Positions 57,901 to 64,000 of a stretch of DNA of 64,000 nucleotides are shown in pieces. Where the stretch lies: the NCBI GenBank assembly GCA_964409615.1, contig CAYPDT010000002.1, forward strand, positions 65,226 to 129,225, read 5' to 3'. The stretch's first letter is position 1, and each line of letters begins with the position of its first letter. This DNA is from an uncultured Candidatus Saccharibacteria bacterium (GTDB lineage: Bacteria > Patescibacteriota > Saccharimonadia > Saccharimonadales > AWTP1-31). Position numbers and translations under genes: made by a program. The notes below the pieces were generated by a model. The model saw only the letters and a program-made list of their open reading frames with translations, did no database searches and had not been told where the DNA came from.

Positions 57901-59692
57901 ATGGTTTCAGGTAGATAACATAGACAAAGACGAAGTTAAAAGGCGTCAAGACACCATTTGGGCAATTTGGGATAACTACTACTCCCAATTACCAGCAAAG
58001 TCTAAAGAGTCTAACTCAGATAAGACTTGGCGACTATATTTATCACGGATGGACAGCCGAAAAATGAAGCTAACTACCGAGAAGAAAGACGGTCAAACGC
58101 TTATTGGATTTAGCCCAAAAATTGATCCCAAGCTAAAAGCCTTTAGTAACGCCGCGCTAAAAGAAAGCCAAGATGCAATGAAGCATTCAAGCTTAATGAT
58201 ATGGGCTACGATGAAATGGCGTGGTGACGAAAAAGTAACAGACTACCCACAATATGAGGATAACCCATCTGCGATTCTTGATGAGGTTAAAGAAATATTC
58301 AATGATCTTAAAGGTTCCAAGGAAGGTGTAGTAGATTTTATAGACAGAGCAACCCCAGCTTATTCTTGCGCCTCATTAATTCGAGATTATCAAGATACTA
58401 TGGACGAGGAACAACAAAAGTACTGTAAGGATATATTGCTCCAATATGCATTGCTACCAATGCAGGAAAATTATGACTACCAATACGGAGATGGGCTAGA
58501 AGCTGTCATAAATGTCTTGCCACTCCTGCTTGGCATTGATAGTGATGACGATCCTACTATTAAGACAATCCTATTTTTGACACTTTTTAATCTGACTACA
58601 ACTGGTTCGGGTCAGCACATGTACGATCATGCGGCATTGGCAATACTTCATAGATTATGGAAAATAGACCCTAATCCAGCAGACTCTATGTTTGTTGGTT
58701 ATCTTAAGCTTGCTCCGCTCCACGATGACTTACGCGAAGAAGTAAGAACACAGAACATTGCCAAGAAAATATATACGACTACAAATAAACAAATTACTGA
58801 TGCTTTGGTTGAAAAGTATGAAGATACAATCGAAAATGCCATTGAAGGCACACTTAAGCATAGCGATCTAAAGGACATAAAAAACTATGATATCCGTATT
58901 CTTGAAGTAGCATTTGAGATGCTTCCGTACCACACCGATAACCTTGACCACAAACTATTCCTAGATACAGTGCTTCCAGTTTTCGCTACAAAAATAATGA
59001 GCGATGACGACGATATGGACTTCTCGACTCGTTATCGATTCTTTGATAAGTACGCAAACTTTGTTCTTACATCAACCACTACGGACATCAAACGATACCT
59101 AAAACCGTTCATTGATGGTTTTGATAATCCTCGTAATATGGGTGATTTTTTCAAACAGTTTATATCAGTACAAGATAGGCTAAACCGATATGATGAATTC
59201 TGGGCTATATGGGAAACTTTTTATGATGCGATGGTCAAATTATCTAAAGACCCAAGGAATAGGCGTGATGCAAAGTCGATTATAAATGCATACCTATTTG
59301 CAGCGAATAGTTGGAAGGATGAAGCAAAAGAATGGCACTGCTTCAAAGACAGAGAGAAGAAATTCTTTGAAAAGGTATCGAATGATATGGGCCACCACAC
59401 CGCTACTCTTCATGCTGTTGCAAAACTTATTGATGGAATTGGTTCAAATTTTATCGATGATGGTATCACGTGGATTAGCGATATGATAAAAGTCAATTCA
59501 AATCTGCAGACTGAAGATCTTGAGGTTAATACTGTTTACTATCTCGAAAATATAGTTCGTCGTTTTGTGCTGAGTAATCGTCAAAAGATTCGTTCATCTG
59601 TAACTCTCAAGAATCGTCTACTCATTATTCTGGGTTTCTTGATTCAAAAAGGTTCAGTTACGGCCTACCTCACAAGAGAGGACATTTTATGA
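54947..59692 (+). CDS. 1581-aa protein: N-terminal PD-(D/E)xK-like module, P-loop NTPase, long alpha-helical C-terminal region
   Basis: Uninterrupted 4.7-kb ORF. Nuclease-like core GIETD...GWQCKYY (nt 55091-55141). Walker A GDGGTGKT (nt 55583-55606). Walker B-like CIVIDSAEK, then IIFTTRR. The remaining ~1,250 aa have no motif I recognise. Confidence 0.8.
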   Translation: MQEINWGNFNAKFNGKEQSTFQWLCYLLFCQEFEQPLGIARYANHAGIETDPIKVDDDYIGWQCKYYTTPLNKHKQDFIDSIDTAKKNHTDLTKIIFYTNQDFGQGQGSSPQYKTDIENHAKSKGVVIDWRTASYFESPFVTKENASITKHFFDLGKSVFDLINELRQHSENILGLIQADIKFGKNDIKLDRSAVTVELIKKMGDKTPVILSGDGGTGKTAIIKDLYELSISTTPIFIFKATEFNNISNVNELVKQYGDFSLADFITAYEDTEEKCIVIDSAEKLSDLNDPAVFQEFVKLLLDNKWKIIFTTRRSYLDDLKYLLVSLYRITFSSIDISDVDLNIIEELSKKYSFDLPADSRMQSLICNPFYLNEYLQNYTGVAADTTFADFKKVLWDKQIAKTTSRKDNIHIRRSECFIELAKKRANQGSFFIKSDGLDPSALQKLVEDEIVGYDDGALGYFIAHDIYEEWALEKVIEASFLKSSEPDDFYKDIGDSLPIRRAFRTWLSSKIVSDKQAVKTLISKTIGNNNVASHWQDEAIISILLSDNPESFSELLEANLLQDDAALLVKTTFLLRIACKQVDEHTLKMLGVKATSLKSLSTKPKGSGWNSIIVYINNHKEDLGLSHLNSILPLIKDWNSKNKRGSTTQNASQIALFYYEKIADDGGFGYGSRDLEKNIIETILNGATEIKDELSTIADDVISKKLTHHRDKYHELIDAMLSSSYSTVEVAQAIPIKMLQLANIFWSKDEEEEDDGYSPRIGVEGSFGITENRQAYFPASSYRTPIYMLLRFAPKETIDFILTFTNKSVITYSKSELSENEIHEVEVFIQDGLPIKQYMSNRLWEMYRGTHVSTGVLESMHMALEKWLLEYAKTASKEELEAMCIYLLKNSKSASISAVVTSVVLANPEKLFNVAVILFKTKEFFLYDTGRLLKDRSRKSDLLMLRNSYPSNDYENEFHENERIEACDDSHRTHSLENQALFYQWFQVDNIDKDEVKRRQDTIWAIWDNYYSQLPAKSKESNSDKTWRLYLSRMDSRKMKLTTEKKDGQTLIGFSPKIDPKLKAFSNAALKESQDAMKHSSLMIWATMKWRGDEKVTDYPQYEDNPSAILDEVKEIFNDLKGSKEGVVDFIDRATPAYSCASLIRDYQDTMDEEQQKYCKDILLQYALLPMQENYDYQYGDGLEAVINVLPLLLGIDSDDDPTIKTILFLTLFNLTTTGSGQHMYDHAALAILHRLWKIDPNPADSMFVGYLKLAPLHDDLREEVRTQNIAKKIYTTTNKQITDALVEKYEDTIENAIEGTLKHSDLKDIKNYDIRILEVAFEMLPYHTDNLDHKLFLDTVLPVFATKIMSDDDDMDFSTRYRFFDKYANFVLTSTTTDIKRYLKPFIDGFDNPRNMGDFFKQFISVQDRLNRYDEFWAIWETFYDAMVKLSKDPRNRRDAKSIINAYLFAANSWKDEAKEWHCFKDREKKFFEKVSNDMGHHTATLHAVAKLIDGIGSNFIDDGITWISDMIKVNSNLQTEDLEVNTVYYLENIVRRFVLSNRQKIRSSVTLKNRLLIILGFLIQKGSVTAYLTREDIL

Positions 59693-61164
59693 TGTTATCA
59701 AAGTCAGATTATATGCTTTACCTTAAGCACCCTGCGTGGCTATGGATAAAAAAGCATGCAAAAACTCTACTGCCAGCCATCGACCCATCGACGCAGGCCA
59801 TATTCGATACGGGACACGAATTCGAGCAATATGCCGAAGCCTTATTTCCCAACGGTATAACGCTAGGCTTTAGTGACTACGATGAGTACCTGTCACTGCC
59901 CGAACGCACCACGCAAGCACTTACGGAAGGCGCAAGTACTATATTTCAAGGACGCTTTGAACATGAACAGCTAACTTTTATTTGTGACATCATACAGGTA
60001 GTCGGCCACAAAGAATTAGACTTGTTTGAAATAAAGTCGAGCACAAGCGCAAAGCCTGAGCATATTACTGATCTTGCATTTCAGCTTTTTGTTTTAGAGA
60101 AATGTGGCTATATCGTAAGAAACATAGCCGTAGTTCATGTAAATAATCAGTACACACGAGATGGTTCGATTGACCCAAAGCAAATAACGGCCAAGACTGA
60201 CGTAACAGAAGCTGTGAAAGCACAAAAAGAATTAACAGAGATTAAAATTAATGAAGCACTGCAAACGGTTTCTCTTACTGAGTGTCCTGATATTTCTCCA
60301 CTATATGCAGGGCCAAAGTTCTTTGGCGAATGGTTAGAGATTTACAAACACATGAAAAGTCCGAAGTCTGGTAGTATCTTTGATCTTTGCCAATTAGACG
60401 CTCAGACGCTCCAGAATTTACAGGCAAATAATATCGCATTACTTGAAGATATCCCGTCTGATTTTGTCTTGAAACCTAAGCAAAGACTACAGGTAGAAGC
60501 ATTACGACAAGGTCACCCAACAATAAACATAGATAAAATTAAGCATTTCCTAAACACATTTGAGTATCCAATATATTTCTATGATTACGAAACTTTAAGT
60601 AGCTTAGTGCCTTACTTTGATGGACTAAAACCATACCAGCAACTCCCGTTCCAGTACTCCGTCCACATACTCGATAGTCCAAACTCCGAATTACGTCACC
60701 AAGAATTTCTCCATCGAGAGAATACAAATCCAGCGAAAGCTCTAACAGAGTCACTCATATCTCATATTGGCAGTAATGGCACAGTCATTGCATGGAACAT
60801 GAGCTTCGAGAAAAACTGCAATACTTTACTTGGGACACTACTCCCAGAACATGCAGAGTTCTACGAAAAACTTAACGATAGAATCGTTGATCTTATGGTG
60901 CCATTTTCACAAAATTGGTACGTTGATTCTGACTTTTACGGAAGTGCGTCTATTAAAAAAGTATTGCCTGTACTAGTGCCCTCACTATCACATAAAGATC
61001 TTGATATATCTGATGGTAGCTCCGCACAAAGACTTTGGATGGAAGCTATTCTTGATGGTAAAAGACCTGACGAAAAAGATAAGATACTCGATGATCTAAT
61101 CAAATACTGCAAACTCGATACTCTCGCTATGGTTGAAATATTTAGAAAGTTGCTAGCCCTATGA
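59689..61164 (+). CDS. DUF2779-family protein (Cas4-like PD-(D/E)xK N-terminus, RNase H-like exonuclease C-terminus)
   Basis: DLFEIKSSTS nuclease core. The C-terminal block YFYDYETLS...PYQQLPFQYSVHI is characteristic of DUF2779. ATGA overlap with the upstream stop. Confidence 0.72.
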   Translation: MMLSKSDYMLYLKHPAWLWIKKHAKTLLPAIDPSTQAIFDTGHEFEQYAEALFPNGITLGFSDYDEYLSLPERTTQALTEGASTIFQGRFEHEQLTFICDIIQVVGHKELDLFEIKSSTSAKPEHITDLAFQLFVLEKCGYIVRNIAVVHVNNQYTRDGSIDPKQITAKTDVTEAVKAQKELTEIKINEALQTVSLTECPDISPLYAGPKFFGEWLEIYKHMKSPKSGSIFDLCQLDAQTLQNLQANNIALLEDIPSDFVLKPKQRLQVEALRQGHPTINIDKIKHFLNTFEYPIYFYDYETLSSLVPYFDGLKPYQQLPFQYSVHILDSPNSELRHQEFLHRENTNPAKALTESLISHIGSNGTVIAWNMSFEKNCNTLLGTLLPEHAEFYEKLNDRIVDLMVPFSQNWYVDSDFYGSASIKKVLPVLVPSLSHKDLDISDGSSAQRLWMEAILDGKRPDEKDKILDDLIKYCKLDTLAMVEIFRKLLAL

Positions 61165-61586
61165 CGAATATCTACTTAGACATTGACGGAGTGTTATTGG
61201 CAAACGACCTAAACCCAGCTAACCACGCACCAGAATTTCTGAAATACGTTATAGAAAAGTTTCCTGATTCAACCTATTGGTTGACTACTCATTGTCAGGG
61301 AGATGCTAATGTACCGATACAACACATAGGGCATTTGTTTGATACCGAAACAGTCAAACTTATGAAAAAGATAAAGCCAACCAGCTGGGATCTAGCGAAG
61401 ACACGTGCCATTGATTTCTCTCAAGCATTTCTATGGTTTGATGATGATTTATTCTACGAAGAGAAGCAGTCGCTAATTGAACACGAACTATTAGATAATT
61501 GGATAGAAGTAGATTTATCAAAGAATCCTGATCAGCTGAGAAATTTCATAAACAGTTTTCCTATACCTGCAACGGTAGGAAAATAA
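61161..61586 (+). CDS. small HAD-superfamily hydrolase-like protein
   Basis: Motif I YLDIDGVLL at the N-terminus and an acidic FDDD motif near residue 95. 141 aa. ATGA overlap with the upstream gene. Confidence 0.55.
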   Translation: MTNIYLDIDGVLLANDLNPANHAPEFLKYVIEKFPDSTYWLTTHCQGDANVPIQHIGHLFDTETVKLMKKIKPTSWDLAKTRAIDFSQAFLWFDDDLFYEEKQSLIEHELLDNWIEVDLSKNPDQLRNFINSFPIPATVGK

Positions 61587-61600
61587 AGGAGGTAAATTGC

Positions 61601-63058
61601 ATGGACGAAGAACTATTTCGCAAGTTATTTGAACAAGGTTTAATTACCGATAAACCTCCTGAAATGTGGATGCCGATGAATACGAAAGACCGCAAGTGGC
61701 AGAATTACTACACTGGTCGTGGCGGTGTCACGATGCACTTAGGTGGTGGCTGGATGATTAATGTTGATACTGATGAACTAACGCAAATTGCTAGTAGTTC
61801 GGACGTAGATGAGCAACTCATAAAATCAGTCCAAGCGGTATTTGATGAGCTTGGCTACGATTATGAAACTGTAAGCGATAAGTTTGGACACGCCATAGTT
61901 GTGCGTCATAAATTCAGTATTTTGGGGAACAGAGCGCCCCTAACTCTGAAATTTAGTGAGTATGGTTTTGATCCAAAGAAAACAATGAATGATAAATTTG
62001 AGAATGAGTTACATTCCGTTACGCCAGATCACACAAAGGTTGGCGTTAATCATGTTCCTGAGTACGACGACGAAGGTGAAGAATTAGGTACTTTCGGAGA
62101 AACAGGGTTAGAGTTCACAACAGAAATAGACCTACCAATAACGGCTGATAATTTTCCAAGTTTTGTAGAAGAAAAGCGTAAAGAAATCGACATGGTACTC
62201 ACCAAACTGAAAGACTATAGGTTTAGTGATGAAACCAGCAAAGTAGAGCAAGAATTCCATGCCCTGCAAGACGCTCTTGATTCTGAAGAATATAAAAATG
62301 CCGAAGGTTCATTATTATTCCCAGTCGGAAAGGACGAATCAGGAAAGTGTGTTATTGCCGACATGCACAAGTTGCCACATATCATGGCTGGCGGGCAAAC
62401 TGGTTCAGGTAAATCAAACTTCACAGAAGGGACACTGATCCTGAGTCTTCTGCATCGCTATTCGTCGGATGATCTTAAGATACTATTGATAGATCCTAAG
62501 ATGGTGCAATTCACGCAGTATAATGGCATCCCCCACTTAGCTAGACCAGTCATAACTACAACTGAGGATTCAAAAGATGCGATGGATTGGCTATTAAAAG
62601 AAATGGAAGATCGATTCGATTTTCTTGTGGATAGTAAGACAAAGAACATCGATGAATATAATTCATCGGGTAAAGGCCACATGCCATTTGTAGTACTAAT
62701 CATTGATGAAGTTGCAGATTTAATGATGGTTGACGGCGAATACTATCAGAAATCGTTTATAAAACTCCTACAAAAGTCGGCAGCGGTTGGTATCCATATC
62801 TACATTGGTACCAGCAGGCCAAGTGAAGACGTATTACCAAGCTTACTGAGAGCAAACTTTGTGACTAAAATAGCCTTCAAGACCTCCTCGAAAGTTGATA
62901 GCGAAGCATTAATTGATGTCGGTGGGGCAGAAAATCTACTAGGTAGAGGTGATCTACTCTTTAGCTCGCTTGGTACTGTTCATCCAGTTCATTTACAAGC
63001 TCCGTACGTTTCTGACGAAGAGACTGCTCGGGTTGCAGAACAACTTAAAAATAGTTAA
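61601..63058 (+). CDS. FtsK/SpoIIIE-family DNA-translocase-like ATPase (soluble)
   Basis: AAGGAGG SD upstream. Walker A GGQTGSGKSNF, Walker B VVLIIDEVADLMM, and downstream GIHIYIGTSRPS. No TM helices in the ~250-aa N-terminal region. Confidence 0.85.
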   Translation: MDEELFRKLFEQGLITDKPPEMWMPMNTKDRKWQNYYTGRGGVTMHLGGGWMINVDTDELTQIASSSDVDEQLIKSVQAVFDELGYDYETVSDKFGHAIVVRHKFSILGNRAPLTLKFSEYGFDPKKTMNDKFENELHSVTPDHTKVGVNHVPEYDDEGEELGTFGETGLEFTTEIDLPITADNFPSFVEEKRKEIDMVLTKLKDYRFSDETSKVEQEFHALQDALDSEEYKNAEGSLLFPVGKDESGKCVIADMHKLPHIMAGGQTGSGKSNFTEGTLILSLLHRYSSDDLKILLIDPKMVQFTQYNGIPHLARPVITTTEDSKDAMDWLLKEMEDRFDFLVDSKTKNIDEYNSSGKGHMPFVVLIIDEVADLMMVDGEYYQKSFIKLLQKSAAVGIHIYIGTSRPSEDVLPSLLRANFVTKIAFKTSSKVDSEALIDVGGAENLLGRGDLLFSSLGTVHPVHLQAPYVSDEETARVAEQLKNS

Positions 63059-63111
63059 CAAAATACACTCCACTAGTGATGAGAGCGAAGTTAATATGAT
63101 AACATTACAAT

Positions 63112-63348
63112 ATGTTTGACAAGAATTTGAAAGATAAGCGAGAAAGCCTAAAACTCTCTCAACAAGATGTAGCGATTTTACTAGGTGTCAGCAGAATTAC
63201 TTACATCAAATACGAACAAGATCCTAGCTCTATGCCTTTAGGGAAGTATGAACAGCTGATGGCAGAGTTTATAAGATTGGGCGGAATTGTTACCGACGGT
63301 AAAATTAAATCGAATGTTCCTAACGGCGATGTAGATTTTGATATCTAA
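63112..63348 (+). CDS. XRE-family HTH transcriptional regulator
   Basis: LKLSQQDVAILLGVSRITYIKYEQD is a classic HTH_3 motif. 78 aa. Confidence 0.8.
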   Translation: MFDKNLKDKRESLKLSQQDVAILLGVSRITYIKYEQDPSSMPLGKYEQLMAEFIRLGGIVTDGKIKSNVPNGDVDFDI

Positions 63349-63426
63349 AGCAGATAAAAATTACCTATAATTTTCAATGTACATGACAGCCTAAACATCT
63401 CTTAAATTTGGGCGTAAAATATAAGT

Positions 63427-64000
63427 GTGTATACATACCTGCAAGAACGCCAGCATTACGAAGACCGCTACGATGACGGAACAGTAGCTAAATGCCGTTC
63501 GGGCGAACGCATCGTAAATGATACTTTCAAGATTATGGAGAAGAAGCTCACTAAAAAAGAGCTGACCGAAAGTCTGCCTGGCTGGTACTTGCTCTACAGT
63601 AAACTCTACTTTTGGTTTGTTGAATCGGCTGCTGCTGCACGAGCCGAGAATCGAGATGCCACTATCGCCAAGTGGATGGGAGAAGATCAGAAAAAAGACG
63701 ACCGCTTAGCTTCAGCGCACATAGCTGGTGGCACTTATTGCCGTAGTTGCGGTAAAGATATGCGAGTTATCAGCAAAGACTATATGCGCCGTGATAACCG
63801 CAAAGATGATGACATCCTTATCATGTTTGAATGCGTAGAGTGCAATAAGCGCATGGCTCTTTGGGAAGACGGTACGCAGTGGGAGGGAGCAAAACATGAA
63901 TGTGAGAAATGCGGTGGTAATACTGTCTCAAAAACCACCAAAGAGTTCGGTGTTATCACATGGACTGAGACCTGTGAGAAATGTAAGCACGTTAAGACTG
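63427..64000 (+). CDS. hypothetical Cys-rich (zinc-ribbon) protein, 3' end beyond the window
   Basis: The frame is open from the stop at 63415-63417 to the window edge, so it is missing from the ORF track. Candidate starts are GTG 63427 or ATG 63535. It contains three CxxC pairs (CRSCG, CVECN, CEKCG) and a fourth beginning CEKCK. Confidence 0.4.
   Translation, partial: MYTYLQERQHYEDRYDDGTVAKCRSGERIVNDTFKIMEKKLTKKELTESLPGWYLLYSKLYFWFVESAAAARAENRDATIAKWMGEDQKKDDRLASAHIAGGTYCRSCGKDMRVISKDYMRRDNRKDDDILIMFECVECNKRMALWEDGTQWEGAKHECEKCGGNTVSKTTKEFGVITWTETCEKCKHVKT

Larger units (their letters stand above)
41092..64000. mobile_element. integrated mobile element or genomic island next to tRNA-Asn (right end beyond the window)
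   Basis: Begins directly after a tRNA. The first gene is a large serine recombinase. The rest is phage- or ICE-type cargo (TerS/TerL, ParB-MTase, FtsK-like ATPase, XRE regulator, RM/defence genes). It is visibly more A+T-rich than the core. Confidence 0.65.

Noticed and set aside
48926-61586. Assigning the operon to BREX, DISARM or classical type I/III restriction-modification.
   Set aside because: I could not find PglZ, BrxA/B/L, DrmB (DUF1998), a PLD nuclease, HsdS/HsdR or a Res/Mod pair among the translated ORFs. Only the general logic (MTase plus helicase plus ATPase) is shared, so I left it as an unclassified candidate.
41092-64000. Calling the element a complete prophage.
   Set aside because: Within the window there are no portal, capsid, tail or lysis genes. 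Only the terminase, ParB-MTase, integrase and an XRE regulator are phage-like, so the element type is left open.

Overview
This 64-kb window looks like a reduced-genome bacterium of the Patescibacteria/Saccharibacteria type. That placement is inferred from gene content only. The standard genetic code applies: TGA acts as a stop in several ATGA stop/start overlaps. I saw no rRNA genes and no CRISPR array.

Nt 1-41,000 is core chromosome. It carries ybaB-recR, a DHH phosphoesterase, cysS, a cell-envelope block (two GT4 enzymes, an alpha/beta hydrolase, VanY, CapA, an S11 DD-carboxypeptidase), tRNA-Gln followed by two extra copies of its own 3' end, an OmpR/histidine-kinase pair, a terpenoid-cyclase-like fusion protein, Fur with a palindromic operator candidate, a UvrD-type helicase-nuclease, an aquaporin with a Lys/Ala-rich tail, a complete F1Fo ATP synthase operon (atpB-E-F-H-A-G-D-C), a secreted thermonuclease, two tandem glycoside-hydrolase paralogues, smpB and tRNA-Asn. 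The ATP synthase operon is unusual because two unrecognisable ORFs are wedged between atpG/atpD and atpD/atpC and are translationally coupled to them.

From tRNA-Asn (41.0 kb) to the window edge lies a visibly more A+T-rich integrated element. Its minus-strand block holds a large serine recombinase, a PD-(D/E)xK (DUF4268-like) protein, an EEP nuclease, TerL/TerS-like genes with no structural genes, and a ParB-methyltransferase. Its plus-strand block is tightly packed, with overlapping junctions. It encodes an MmeI-family N6-adenine methyltransferase with no recognisable nuclease motif, an SF2 helicase, a T5orf172/GIY-YIG-like protein, a 1581-aa protein (nuclease-like N-terminus, P-loop, about 1,250 aa of helical sequence), a DUF2779 nuclease, a small HAD protein and a soluble FtsK/SpoIIIE-like ATPase.

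The plus-strand block is my top candidate for an undescribed defence or DNA-modification system. The ORFs inserted in the atp operon are the second.

All family assignments come from motifs read by eye. No database search was possible.
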